From positions 57,288,001 through 57,352,000 of the forward strand of contig NC_086099.1 in NCBI RefSeq assembly GCF_963921235.1: a stretch of DNA of 64,000 nt, read 5' to 3'. The stretch is from Mobula hypostoma. Lineage: Eukaryota. Numbering within the stretch: position 1 is the first letter of the stretch; the number at the start of each line of letters is the position of its first letter. A program made the position numbers and the translations under genes. Below, piece by piece: positions 1-12,262 of the stretch. The notes below the pieces were generated by a model that did no database searches, was not told the DNA's origin, and saw only the letters and a list, made by a program, of their open reading frames with translations.

Positions 1-220
1 TTTGTCACCAAGTTATGAGAAGATAATGACCAGTTTGTTGGTCAAAGGGGTGAATTTCAGGAGTATCTTAAAGGAGGTAACTAAGGTAGAGTGATTGAAA
101 GGTTTTAATCTGAATTTCTAGAGTAGATAGTTTTTGGCAACTTGAAGCAAAGGCACTGGTGATGGGCCAATATCAATTTGAGAACAGAAAATTTAAATGC
201 AAACTTAGCTGTGTACATAC

Positions 221-2645
221 ATCTATTGATGCTTCTGGACACATCTTCAGTGATGTTCCTGGAATCATCGGGTGTTTCAGGTCTTTCAACATCATACAAC
301 CTCTGCCAGGTGACCCAGCCGGGGCTGATCAGACCCCAGCTTGTGTCCAGATGGCTAGCTACTTATGATTCCATGGCTCCCCTCTTTTGAGCCACAGCCA
401 TCTTGAGGCCCTCTCTGCCGCATCGGTGGTACTGCGGATGGCTCTCCTCTTCCTCTCTCCCTCGATGCCCAAAATGCTGAAGGTTCTCGCTAAAGAATGG
501 GCTACGAATCCCCTACAACCAACCTCCACTGGGAGACACCTCGCTCTCCATCCAGCCTGCTGACAGTTGCTGACCAGTCCTGCGTACTTGGAGAGCTTCC
601 TTTCAAAGGCCTCTTCCAAGTGATCTTCCCATGGGACTGTCAGCTCCAGCAGCACCACTTGCTTAGTCGACTCAGACACTAGAATATCTGGTCGCAGGGT
701 GGTGGCTGCGATATGGTTGGGGAAGTTCAGCTGCCCTTTGAGGTCAACCAACAGCTAGCAGTCCCTTGCAGAGGTCAGGATGCCTGCAGATGTTCTTTTG
801 GCGGGTATTGGCTGCTCCCCAGCTCTGACAAAGGCAATGGTCTGCTTGGAGGGTCGGGACTGCTTCGCCCACTCAACACCTGCGCTGACAGCTTCAGCGA
901 CGGTCTTCAGGACCTGATCATACCTCCACCTGTACCGTCCCTCCAGGGTTCCTCGCTTGGAGCACAGTGGGCACACAGATGACTCTGCCTTGCCCCATAT
1001 GTGCAGGTTTGATGGGTTTGGAGGCACATCTTACACTGCTTGGATGAGAAATTGGATGCTGTGTGGTTCGGCTTTCCAAAGATCAGCCCAGGTCAGTTTC
1101 CTCTCGACCGCATTCTCCCATCTTGTCCAAGCTCCCTGTTGCTTCATTCCCACCGCCTTGCAGGCTCTCATCTCCTTCACTACTGCTCTCACCTCCTCCT
1201 GAACTAGACGACGCCTTTCCTTCCCTCTGGTGTCCATTTGGGGAGTTGGAAAGGATCCTAGCCCAGCTTGGCCTCGTGTGACCACTCCCACCAGCCTCCT
1301 GTGAGGCAGCCTCACCTCTGCCTCCTGAACAGCTTCCTCTGCCCTCCACTTCCTGCCAGTACTTACTTGGATCCCTGCTCTAGCCACCTTTGGGTCACTT
1401 GAGTCCCTATACTGTAGCACTTCTCTGGCTCTTGTTACCTTGAATTCTTCCTCCAAGGATTTGAAGGGCAGTTGCAGTTTGTTGTGGTGTCCATAGAGTG
1501 CGATGCTGCTCAGACTCTTTGGCAGCCCCAGCCATCTTCTGAGGTGGTTGCTCACCCTCCTCTCTAAGGTTTCGACTGTCGAGATCGGGACTGCATAGAC
1601 GAGGAGGGGCCACAGGATTCTGGGAAGAATGCTATGCTGATACACCCAGGCTTTAAACTTCCCAGGTAGGCCAGACTTGTCCACAGATTTCAGCCAGCCA
1701 TCCAACTTGGTGCAGGTTGCCTGAATGGATGTTGTGTCCCTTAAAGAGCTGTCAAAAACTTTGCCTAAGCTCTTGACTGGCTTTACTGTGATGGTTGGGA
1801 TGGCTGTGCCTGCGATGCTGAACCGGAACTTGTTCTCCACCTTCCCTTTCCTCAGCACCATCGATCTTGATTTGGCAGGTTTGAAACGCATCCGGGCCCA
1901 CTCCACCAGCTTTTCGAGCCCTTGTAGAATCCTCCAGCAGCCTGGGACTGATTCTGTGGTGACTGTGAGGTCATCCATGAATGCCCTGATAGGTGGTTGC
2001 CGTTGAGCGGAATTCATTCTGGGCCCTCTGCACTCTGGTTCAACAGACTTAGTGAGCATGTTCATGGCTAGGGAGAACAGTGTCACTGAGATAGTGCACC
2101 CTGTGATGATGCCGATCTCCACCTTGTGCCAGGTTGATGTAATTGCTCCTGAAGAGACCCTCATCCTGAAGTTGCTGTAATAATCAGCGATAAGGTCTCT
2201 GATTCTGCTGGGGACGTGATATTTGGTCAGTGTGAGCTGCACCAGCTTGTGCGGAATGGAGCCATATGCATTTGCCAGGTCGAGCCACAACACTGACAGG
2301 TTGCCCTTGTTCTCTCTGGCCTCCCTGATGAGCTGTGTCACCACACCGATGTGCTCCAGACAGCCCGGCATCCCTGAAATGCCACCTTTCTGGACTGATG
2401 TATCAATATAGGTGTTCTTTGCTGGGTAGATGCACAGCCGGTTAGAAACTGCACTGAAGAAGATCTTCACCTCGACACACAGCAGGGAGATGATGCGAAA
2501 CTGATCTATCTGGGTGGCATTTTCTTCCTTCGGGATCCACACCCCTTCAGCCACTCTCCACTGTTCTGGGATCTTCCCCCTTCTCCAGAAGATTCTCAGA
2601 ATCTTCCACAGACGCAGCAGGAGTTTGGGGCAATTCTTGAAAAGC
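221..2645 (-). mobile_element. Hero-like non-LTR retrotransposon (RT + restriction-like endonuclease), 5'-truncated
   Basis: ORFs 1031..2656, 755..1027 and 359..751 lie in one reading frame separated by two premature stops. RT motifs WLDLANAYGSIPH, GIITGCTIS and FMDD are followed by a CPLC zinc knuckle and a PD-(D/E)xK-type endonuclease (LRPDIL...LLELTVPWE...RKLSKY). A structured 3' UTR follows at ~221-358. Confidence 0.85.
235..350 (-). ncRNA. Candidate non-circularly permuted hammerhead ribozyme in the Hero 3' UTR
   Basis: Minus strand reads ctggacaca-agctgggg-t-ctgatcag-ccccggct-gggtc-a-cctgg-caga-ggttGT-A-tgatgtt-gaaa-gacct-GAAACaccc-gatgatt-ccagg-aacatca-CTGAAGA-tgtgtccag, giving six complementary pairings plus the hammerhead core motifs. 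Confidence 0.55.
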
Positions 2646-2656
2646 CACTTTAACAA
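359..2656 (-). pseudogene. Disrupted RT/REL-endonuclease ORF of the Hero-like element
   Basis: In-frame stops at 1031-1033 and 755-757; the CCHC knuckle lacks its H...C half (CPLCSKRGTLE runs directly into GRYRWR). Confidence 0.85.
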
Positions 2657-2919
2657 TCTCTTTACAATACTGTATTCAATATAATTGTATCTTCTAATAT
2701 TACCAGTGAGGTAAAAAATATAAATATCTGGATTCCATTGATTTTTTTCTTAATTTTAGTAAACCTTTATCATAATGATCCACATTAATTTGTGTTAATG
2801 GTTATACAACAATATAGTATTTCAGGTCTCTGAAACAGAAGTAATGTAATGTCTCAAATTCCAAGTGAGCAGTGTATCCTGTACCTCTAAGAGCAAACTC
2901 AGGATACCTTCTCAATTGG

Positions 2920-3081
2920 GAAGAGGTACAGTCGATGTTTCGGGTCGAGACTGTTCATCAGGACTCAGCCTGAAACATCGACTGTACCTCTTCCTATAGA
3001 TGCTGCCTGGCCTGCTGCGTTCACCAGCATTTTAAATGTGTGTTGCTTGAATTTCCAGCATCTGCAGATTTCCTCGTGTTA
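2920..3081. mobile_element. Penelope-like terminal-repeat fragment with inverted arms (non-autonomous)
   Basis: 14-bp TSD accttctcaattgg at 2906-2919 and 3082-3095; inverted arms gaagaggtacagtcgatgtttc / gaaacatcgactgtacctcttc; same family as 16439-16580 and 37661-37939. Confidence 0.75.
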
Positions 3082-3864
3082 ACCTTCTCAATTGGTCGGC
3101 CTAGGAGTAAATCAATTTCTTCATACATTATGAATGAAAAACTAGAATGACAATCACCTCAAAGCCTTGAAGATTAAAAGAAGAGCTTTGAATTAAAGCT
3201 GTATCATCACTGTGTTTCCCCTTTAAAAGCAAATTACATCTTTATGAATCTGATTAGTCATATTGACTTTGAACAATTCTGCAAAACTTGCAATAATGTT
3301 AGCAGCCTCAATCAAATATCACATCCACTAATTTCCGTTGGAGAGATGTAATATGGATTTCTAATTTGTTAGTGCCCATTTCACAACATTGCCTAAAGCC
3401 AAATTTATTCGAGTCAGCAGTTCAGGCCAGATTAGTAAAGATATCACTTACATGTTTTACATTAGAAAAGATCACCTACTTCCTATTTTGTTAACCTAAA
3501 TATTGTTTTGAGGAATATATATATCAGCAAAAAGTAGTTGTAAATATCAGCAAGTATGTGAACATCTTTTACCTGGGTCGGTTGCAAGTGAACAAATGAA
3601 ATTAGAAAAAAAAGAAACTAAAACCAGGACATGACCTCAACTAGCAAACGTAATGTCACCGCCAACCGAGTACACTCTGATGGACACCATAACCATGATT
3701 TATAGAGCCCCCAGACTACAATTTCTCCCCCAACGGTACTGTAATTGTTGCTGTAGACATGATTTCTACTGTAGCACAATTCATCATATTCAACATTGAG
3801 TCAATAACCATGTTTTGTTGAATGGTTCCCTAATATGATAAGATAGGCTCAACCTCAAAATCTA

Positions 3865-4065
3865 TCTTGTTATGATCCTACACCTTATTGTCTAACTGTG
3901 CTGCACTCTCTTTGTAGCTATTGCACTTTATTCTGCGTTCTGTTAATGTTTTACCTCGTACTACCTCCACACACCGTGTATTGATTTGATCTATACAAAA
4001 AGTATGCAAGAAGCTATTTTCATTGTACCTTTGTGCATGTGACAACAAAAATAAACCCATTCCAA
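3865..4065 (+). mobile_element. Rex1/Babar-like LINE 3' UTR remnant
   Basis: Similar to 40620-40845 (gcactttattctgc...ttgatttgatct...catgtgacaa..aataaa). Confidence 0.5.
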
Positions 4066-4169
4066 AGCAATTCTTGCTTATGACACTCCTCCACTAACAA
4101 AGCACCATCAGATTACAATCCCTTCAATCCCAACTATTTGTTTCCTTAAACCCAATATGCATGCACATT

Positions 4170-4470
4170 TGTTTATGACATAAAGGAGGCTACTTGACCC
4201 ATCAAGTGTATACCAGCTCTTAGATCAGTCGTGTCAATCCCGTTCCCCCTCTTAATTCCCTGCAAACTATTTTCTCATGCAAACCTCATAACAACTGCCA
4301 GATTGTCCTCCTACCCACCTACACTGGGGACAGTTAATAATGGCCAATAAACCTAACAAACAGATGTTTGAGATGTAGGAAGGAACTGGAGCACCTGGGA
4401 GAAACCCATATTCACAGAGAAGATACATACTCCAGATAGACAGGACTGGCATTCAGAATGGAATTTCCCC
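4170..4470 (-). mobile_element. tRNA-derived V-domain SINE (decayed)
   Basis: ggaactggagcacctgggagaaaccca is the reverse complement of the V-SINE core tgggtttctcccaggtgctccagttcc. Confidence 0.6.
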
Positions 4471-5559
4471 ATCTCACTGAAGGTAATCCCTCCACCAATT
4501 GTAATAAACTCTCCCATTTATCAACACACATCCAGCAAATTTCCTATTGGAATTGTGTAAAAGCAGCCATACACGTAAAAAGGCATTAGAGAACCATTTT
4601 TTTAAAACAAGGTTACACTCCTCAGTAAACCATCAACATCACAAAAAGACCAGGCAATAGCCCTTCTGCAGGCTGAACAACTACCATGCACACTTTTTTC
4701 AAGTTTCAGGTAAGGGGAGTTCAGGCATGGAAAGGTTTTTACAGATCTGAGTCTGCGCGGAGAAATTGCCTCAGTGAAAGTAATTTGTGTTAAAGGTGAA
4801 AGCCTACACCTCTGAGAGTGCAGTAGTTCTGTCAGCCTGGATTGGACATGTACCTCCTGGCTCTGCATCCAGATAAGCTGCAGTTGACACAGACTAGAAA
4901 GCACGTGTACAGTCAGTTCTGTAGAAACTTTGCTATGGTGTTTCAGAATGGTTGCAAAATGATAGCATAAGTGATGAGGACCTGCAAAGTATTTTCCTGG
5001 CTTCCAACAACATCTTCATGAGTGGCACCAAACCATAGAATTTATACCATTGCATAAAATGCCCTTTTCTTTTAACAGGTTGATCGCCATTCTATAGATG
5101 TAATCAGCAGTGAACATACCACTAACTAATACAGTGGGATCATGAAATTTCTTTCTGCAAAGCTCTTTAGGGTGGAGATTATCATTCCTACAGTCACCTG
5201 TTACCCTGTTGCCAAGCTCTTACAGATGTGGTCCTAGTGTGTCTCCTGGGCTCCTAGCTGCTGGGATATTTCTCATGACATGAAAGTCATTGTCCTGCAT
5301 GCTCCTTTGAGTTACTATTGGAGCAGTTTCAATCTCCCTTATAGTCTCTCTCTTCTGTGCCTGTTGCTGCCTGGGACTGTACCTTTAAGAGCAGACATCC
5401 TGATTGTGCAACAAAAGTGTGAGAGAGAAACAAGATTATGTGAAATCCTCTCAAGAAACAAGTCTAGACTCAATACCTCCTTGTACAACTGGATCCTCTA
5501 TTTCCTCACTTGCAGGCCCCTGTCAGTTTGGATTGGCACCACTGCCATTGGCTGAATCA

Positions 5560-5850
5560 AAGATAGTGACAATTCAACATTTAGCAGGGAGGGTCAACAT
5601 CTGGCCGAATGGTGCCACAACAACAACCTCTCACTCAATTTCAGCAAAGTCAAAGAGCTCATTATTGACAACAGGAGAAGGAAAGCTGAGAACCATGAGC
5701 TAATACTCATCAGGGGATCAGGGGAGGAGGCGTTCAGAAATTTCAAATTCTTTGGCATTATCATTTCAGAGGGTCTGTCCTGGGTCCAGCATGTAAGTGC
5801 CTTTACAAAGAAAGCACGGCAGCACCTTCATCTTAGAAATATTAAGATTG
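5560..5850 (+). mobile_element. Rex1/Babar LINE RT C-terminal fragment
   Basis: Encodes WCHNNNLSLNFSKVKELIID; homologous to 29070-29310. Confidence 0.7.
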
Positions 5851-6038
5851 TTGCACCTTTCTTTGTTTAATGTTCTGCCCTTATCTAGTCTAAAGTTCAT
5901 GTTCATATCTTTTGAAAATAGTTCTACAATTTGGATTAATTGCATTAGATTCACTGAATAATAACAATAATGGTAATAGTAATGCCAAGAGAAACCAGAA
6001 ATAATCCAACACATTACATACTTGTTGAAAGACAACAC
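5850..6038 (-). mobile_element. R4/Dong-like RT fragment (inverted)
   Basis: Encodes LMQLIQIVELFSKDMNMNFRLDKGRTL, resembling the R4-clade FSxDIGMxFGLDKC motif. Confidence 0.6.
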
Positions 6039-6875
6039 AAATATGTTGAATTAAAAGAGGAGATTAGGCTATAAAACCATAAGACATAGGAGCAGAATTC
6101 AGCTATTTGGCCCATCAAGTTGTTCCGCCATTCAATCATGGCTGAACCTTTTCATCCCCCTCCTCAACCCCACTCCCCAGCCTTCTCCCCGTAACCTGAG
6201 ATGCCAATGGCCAATCAAGAGCCTATCAATCTCCACCTTAAATACACCCAATGACCTGGCCTCCACAGCTGCCTGTAGTAACGAATCCCACAAATTCACC
6301 ATCCTCTGGCTAAAGAAATTTCTCCTGCATCTCTGCCTTAATTGCCCCTCTATGCTGAGGCTGTGCCCTCTTGTCCTAGACTCACTGACCATGGGAAAAC
6401 TCCTTTCCACATCTACTCTGTCTAGGCCTTTCAACATTCGAAAGCTTTCAATGAGATCCCCTGCCATCCTTCTAACTTCCAGCAAGTACAAGCTCAAAGC
6501 CATCGAATGTTCCCTTTCATTCTTGGAATCCTTGTGAGCCTCCTCTGGACCCTCTCCAATGCCAGCACATCTTTTCTTAGATAAGGAGCTCAAAACTGTT
6601 CACAATATTCAGATTGAAAGACTGTGGAACATGAGCAGGATATTGTCCCATTGGTAGTATCTACAACTGGTACCATCCCAAAGTCACTACACAATAGCAT
6701 TAAACAATTATGCCTACATAGCAATATTTATAAAAATCTTCAGAAAGCCACAATACTAAACACTACTAGAATAGTCTGAAAGTTCCTAGCAATTGAGGAA
6801 TGAGTGTGCTTGGTTATGTCCATATCTCAGATTTTACCCACTTGAGCTGCGAAATAATAGTAATAACAACAATAT
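6039..6875 (+). mobile_element. R4/Dong-like 3' end (REL endonuclease C-terminus), interrupted by a CR1
   Basis: KYVELKEEI (6039-6065) resumes after the CR1 as ERLWNM...IVPLVVSTTGTIPKSL...LQKATILNTTRIV; (taa)n-like tail at ~6854-6872. Confidence 0.7.
6066..6610 (-). mobile_element. CR1 LINE 3' fragment
   Basis: ORF 6132..6593 matches the CR1 ORF2 C-terminus (GDLIE...RTRGHS...FFSQR); 5-bp TSD agatt at 6061-6065 and 6611-6615. Confidence 0.85.
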
Positions 6876-7049
6876 TATTGTAAAGAAAGACACACATGAA
6901 ATAGTCACTGAAAGTAAATATATTCATAATGTGTGTATATTATTGAGTAACAGCTTGAGACTGTCATTACAGTGTACAGGGAAAAACTTCATCAACAGTT
7001 TAAATCACAACAAAACTTCACACAACAATGCATAGTGAATAGCAGACAA

Positions 7050-7805
7050 AGGTGAAGTGATAACAAAGAAGTAACGTAATCCCTTAGACATGTTAAACCA
7101 AATAAAACATGAAGTTGCGCAAGAGCTGGAAAGAAACCAACCTAAAGACCACAACAGTGGTATATAAGAAATAATGAAGATGCCATCCCCCGAAGTGCTG
7201 ATAAAAATAGAATTACTTCATCAACTGCTCCACAACTTGATGGTAATAGCAACAACACAGATAAAGAGCCAGCATAGATGCTAATGATGAAGCTAAGCTT
7301 ACAGACAAAATTATCCTAACATTTAACATCTCACTAACAGAATATATGGCCACTGACCCAACAAAATGACCCTACAAACCAAAACAATACATATCATTAA
7401 AATTTGCAAAAAATGTTAATACTCACAACAATTCTATATTACTACAATATTTAGGAAAACCTGAAACATTTGAAGAGCTACATACAATAACATACTGCGT
7501 AGTATTAACAACAGAGCAGTGCAATGTCTCCAAATTAGAGGTAGTCATTAATAGAAACCCAAAACTGGATAAGGAAAAAAGAACACTGAAGTGGCAGGAG
7601 AGATTAAGAAACAAAATTGAAACCTTAAATGTAGAAATAGCCTACCTAATGGAGTATAAAATGAATAACCTGAGCAAGAAAGTTAAGAGAGAAGCGAAGG
7701 AAAAGCGAACGAAATATAAGTTCCATTCAAGAGATGATCAACCTAACAAAAGAATTGTAGCATTTATAGATACACTAAAACAAAAGCTTGGGGCATACAA
7801 AGCAA
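7050..7805 (+). mobile_element. R4/Dong-like N-terminal ORF fragment
   Basis: A-rich coding-like tract encoding KWQERLRNKIETLNVEIAYL...IDTLKQKLGAY, resembling the pre-RT region of R4-clade proteins. Confidence 0.5.
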
Positions 7806-8767
7806 TACAGGTGTACCTAATTAAATGGCCACGGAGTACATTGTATATTATATTGTATATTATGTGATATATTGAGTATTTTTTAGCAGCTGTGATTTTG
7901 CCTGAAAATTCAATTTGCCTATCAGTGTATTTTTTAGCAAAGTGTAGCTAAAAAATTGATCTTCAGTGAAATAAAATGTAAATTAATCATTTTTCAGGTC
8001 ACTTGAGATAGTCAACCAGATATTTCCTGGCATCAATCACCCTTGTGCTAAGATGCAGCTTCTGTCACTGGGCACTCTGGGGACATGCAAATTGCTGACC
8101 TTTACATATTGCCACCATGTTTCCCTTCTCTGCATGGAAAACCTCACTGATTTCCTTTCTGCATGCCCTTACCAGCATATCCTGATCTTCTCTTTCCCTT
8201 GTGACCACCCATAGACTGCTTCTAATTCCCCAACTCTACTCATCTGATTGTCACATTTTCCCTTCAATCTGTAATTTGATCTCTCCTTCAACAACAACCA
8301 CATGTATTTGAAGCCACTTTGCCAGAGCATTCTCAGAAACTTTGACACCAAAACACTCATTGCAAGATATCGGGAAAAGCGTTAAGTTGCAAACAGCTAT
8401 CTGAAGGAAGACAAAGACAAGAGTGGTCGAGGGACAGAATTAGATTGTGGAAAATTTGGAAGCAAGCAGAGTAGTGTGCAATGTTGATTTAATGCTAACT
8501 CATACAATCTGGAACTCAGCACTCCAGTAAATGCCATTGCTTAATTACATGCAACTAACTGAACCTCAATTAATCAGCAGGAAAGAACTCTTATCTGCAT
8601 TATTTAACTATTACATCAAATCCTTACAGGGTAGCTACTGTTTGACTTCTCCAACTGTTGCTGTGATTGTACAGCTATTCAGTGCTTTCTAACATTAAAT
8701 GATGAGGCATGGAACAAAAGAGGAGGAAGAAGAAAAGGAAGATGAGGATGACTGAAGGTTGCGCACA

Positions 8768-11590
8768 TATAGAATCATAGAGTCAAAGTGTCACAGGAAA
8801 GCACAGCACAGAAGCAGGCCCTGTAGTCCATCCTGTCTGTGCTGAACCATTTAAAGTGCCTACCTCTATCGACATGCATCTGGACCAAATTCCTCCATAC
8901 CCCTGCTGTTTATATATCTATTGAAACTTCTCTTAAACTTTGAAATCGAGCTTGCATGCACCACTTGTGCTGGCAGCTCGCTCCACACTTTCACAGCCCT
9001 CTGAGCGAAGAAAATTCCTCTCATATTCCCTTGAACCTTTCACCTTCGCACTTACCCTGTGTCTACCCCTCATAATTTTATATACCTCTATCAAATCTCC
9101 TCTCAAAGGAATAAAGTCCTAACCTATTCAATCTTTCCTTATAGCTCAGGTCCTCTAGACCCAGCAACACCCTTGCAACTTGACTCCATACTCTTTCAAC
9201 CTTATTTATATCTTTCCTGTGGGTTGGTGGCCAAAACTGCATACATTACAGCAAATTAGGCCTCACCAACATCTTATACAACTTCAACATAACATCCCAT
9301 CTCCTGTACTCTGTACTTTGATTTATGAAGGCCAACGTGTCAAAAGCTTTATTTATGACCTGTCTACCTGTGCTGCCACTTTCAATGAATTACGGCTCTG
9401 TATTCCCAGATCCCTTTGTTCTACCACAATCGTTAGTGCCCTACCGTTCACGGTGTAAGACCTACCCTGGTTGGTCCTACTGAACTGCAGCACCTCCATC
9501 TGCCATTTTGCAGCCCATTTTTCCAGCTGATCCAGGTCCCGCTGCTATCTCATAGTCTTCTTCGCTGTCCACTAAACCCCAATCTTGGTGCTATCTGCAA
9601 ACTTGCTGATCTAGTTAACCACATTATCATCCAGTTCATTGATATAGATGACAAACAAGAATGAACCAAGTACTGATCCCTGTGGAACTCCACAAGTCAC
9701 AGGTCTCCAGTCAGAGAAGCAACCTTCTACTACTTATGTCTGGCTTCTCCCACAAAGCTATACCTTATCCAATTTACTACTTCACCTTGTATGCCAAGCA
9801 ACTGAACCTTCTTAACCAACTACCCGTGTGGGACTTTGTCAAATGTCTACCTAAAATCCATGTAGACAATATCCACTGCCTTGCCTTCATCAACTTTCCT
9901 GGTAACTTCCTCAAAAGCATTCCATAAGAATGGTTGGACACAATGTACCATGCAGAAAGCCATGCTGACTGTCCCTAATTAGTCTATGTCCATCCAGCTA
10001 CTGATATATCTGGCCCTGAGAATTCCTTCCAATAACTTTCCCACTACTGATATCAGGTTCACTCACCTATAATTTCCTAGTTGATTTTTAGAATCTTTCT
10101 TAAACAGCAGAACAACATTAGCTATCCTCCAATTACTCAGGTCCTCAACTGTCACTAAGAATGATTTAAATATCTCCGCTAGTGCCCCTGCAGTTTCTAC
10201 ACTTGCCTCCCATTGATTCCAAGGGAACACCTTGTCAGGCCCTGGGGATTTATACACTGTAATATACCTTAAGACAGCAGACACCTCCTCCTCTGTAATT
10301 TCTATAGGCTCCATGACCTCGTTGCTGCTTTGCCTCACTTCTATAATCTCTGTGTCTTCCTGAGTAAATACAGAGGCAAAATATCCATTTAAAATCTCCT
10401 CCATCTCTTTTGGCTTCATGCCTAGATCATAATTCTGATCTTCCAGAGAAGCAATTTTGTCCCTTGCAATCCTTTTACTCTTAATGTATTTGTTGAATCT
10501 CTTAGGATTCTTTTTCACCTTGTCGGCTAGGGCAACTTCATGTCTTCTTTTAGCCCTCCTGATTCCATTCTTACCAAGTACACCTTTGCCAGAAAACATC
10601 CTGTTCTAATCCACACTTGCCAGGTCATTTCTGCTACCATCAGAATTGGCCTTTCTCCAAATTAGAATTTCAATTTTAGAATTGTGGACCAAAACCTATC
10701 TTTTTGCATGTTTACTTTGAAACTAATGGCATTATGTTCACTAAATGCAAAGTATTCCTCTACACAAACTTTTGTCATCGGCCCTGTCTCATTCCCTAAT
10801 AGCATTTCAAGTATGGCACACTCTCTCAATGATCCTTCTATGTACTGAATACGGAAACTTACCTGATCACATTTGACAAACTCTATCCCATCTAGTCCTT
10901 TTACAGTAAGAAAGTCCCAGTATATGTATGGAAAGTTAAAATCTCCTGCTATCACAATGTTATGTTTCTTGCAACAGTCCGCAATTACTCTACAACTTTC
11001 TTCCTCTATGTCTTGTGGACTGTTGGATGGTCTATAATATAGCCCCATTAACAGGGCTATACCTTCTTGGCCCAGATCGTCGACTGTTTACATAGATGCT
11101 GCCTGGCCTACTGAGTTCCTCCAGCATTTTGTGTGTTGCTTGAATTTCCAGCATCTTCAGGTTTTCTCATGTTTGTGATACCTTTCTTATTCCTCAGATC
11201 CACCCATAAAGCCTCAATAGATGAGTTCTCCTGTCTGTCAGTCCTGCCCCTCCTGCAACCAAGTCTTACTAATGGTTACAATATCATAATTCCATGTGTT
11301 GATCCATGTCCTGAGCTCATCTGTCACTCTTTTCAACAATACTTCTTTTATTTAAATATATGCAGGTCAGAACTTCAGTCACGGCATGCTCAACCTGTTG
11401 ATTCTGGACTTTGTCTGAGGTCTTAAAAACATCTGTCTACACAACCTGTCCACTATCTGTTCTGGCACTCTGGTTTCCATCTAATTTCAAACTCACCTCA
11501 CCCCCCATGCAGCACTAGCAAGCCTTCCTGCTGGGAAGTTAGTCTCTCTGCAGTTCAGATGCAAACCATATTTTTTGCACAGGTCATAGG
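8768..11590 (-). mobile_element. Decayed CR1 LINE (APE + RT)
   Basis: ORFs 10662..11048 (YYRP...AGDFNFP) and 10063..10599 (KSPGPD...LGNYR); 3' tail near 8768. Confidence 0.85.
11068..11175 (+). mobile_element. Penelope-like terminal-repeat fragment inserted in CR1
   Basis: gtcgactgt...atagatgctgcctggcctactgagttcctccagcattttgtgtg matches 2980-3080. Confidence 0.7.
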
Positions 11591-12119
11591 AAAGAACAGG
11601 CAGAAGAAAGCTGCTATGCTGTAATATTTGAAAATTGCAGCATGACAACTTCAGGAAGCTGCACAACGGGGATTCCTCAAAGATACAGTTTTACTCAAAA
11701 ACAAAGTTGAGTTATCAACATAGAGATTGAAAAAAAGGCCAAAACTGGAGGAAAAAAACAGATTTGCAGGGATGGGGAAGGGTACAACAATGAGGAAGGG
11801 AGAAGCTGTTCTAGAATTAGAAAAGAAGAAAAAATAAATTTCAAAACTGAGATCTCTCTCGACCAGACACCAATATAGTTTAGTGAAAGATGGGTGAACA
11901 GGATTATGTAGTAAGAAAATATATTGAAAAGAACTTAAAATAGCAGAAATGTCTTAAAAATGTTTGTGTCACTAATGTTCTTGAAGAGAGTAGATCTTCC
12001 ACTCTTTCCTGTCCTGGTTATTTGGAATATCCCTACTAAATGTATATCCCTACTAAATAAAGTGGTAGGGACAAGTATATTACACATTTGAAAGTTATCC
12101 AGACATTTACATGGACAGG

Positions 12120-12198
12120 CAGGGGTTCCTAACCAGGGGTCCATGGACCATCAGTTAATTATAGAGGTCTAAGCATAAAGAAAGGTTAGTAACCCCTG
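12120..12198. mobile_element. Short hAT-like MITE
   Basis: Terminal inverted repeats caggggttcctaacc / ggttagtaacccctg; no clear TSD. Confidence 0.5.
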
Positions 12199-12262
12199 GT
12201 TTAGAAGGATATGGACCAAATGCAAATAAATGGAACTACCTGGCAAATTGGTCAACAATAAT

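Noticed and set aside
1-180. Possible ancient L2-like fragments (also ~11760-11930, ~15470-15710) and ancient SINE/LINE tails (~33680-33880, ~53390-53605)
   Set aside because: Too decayed to assign boundaries or family with confidence without alignment.
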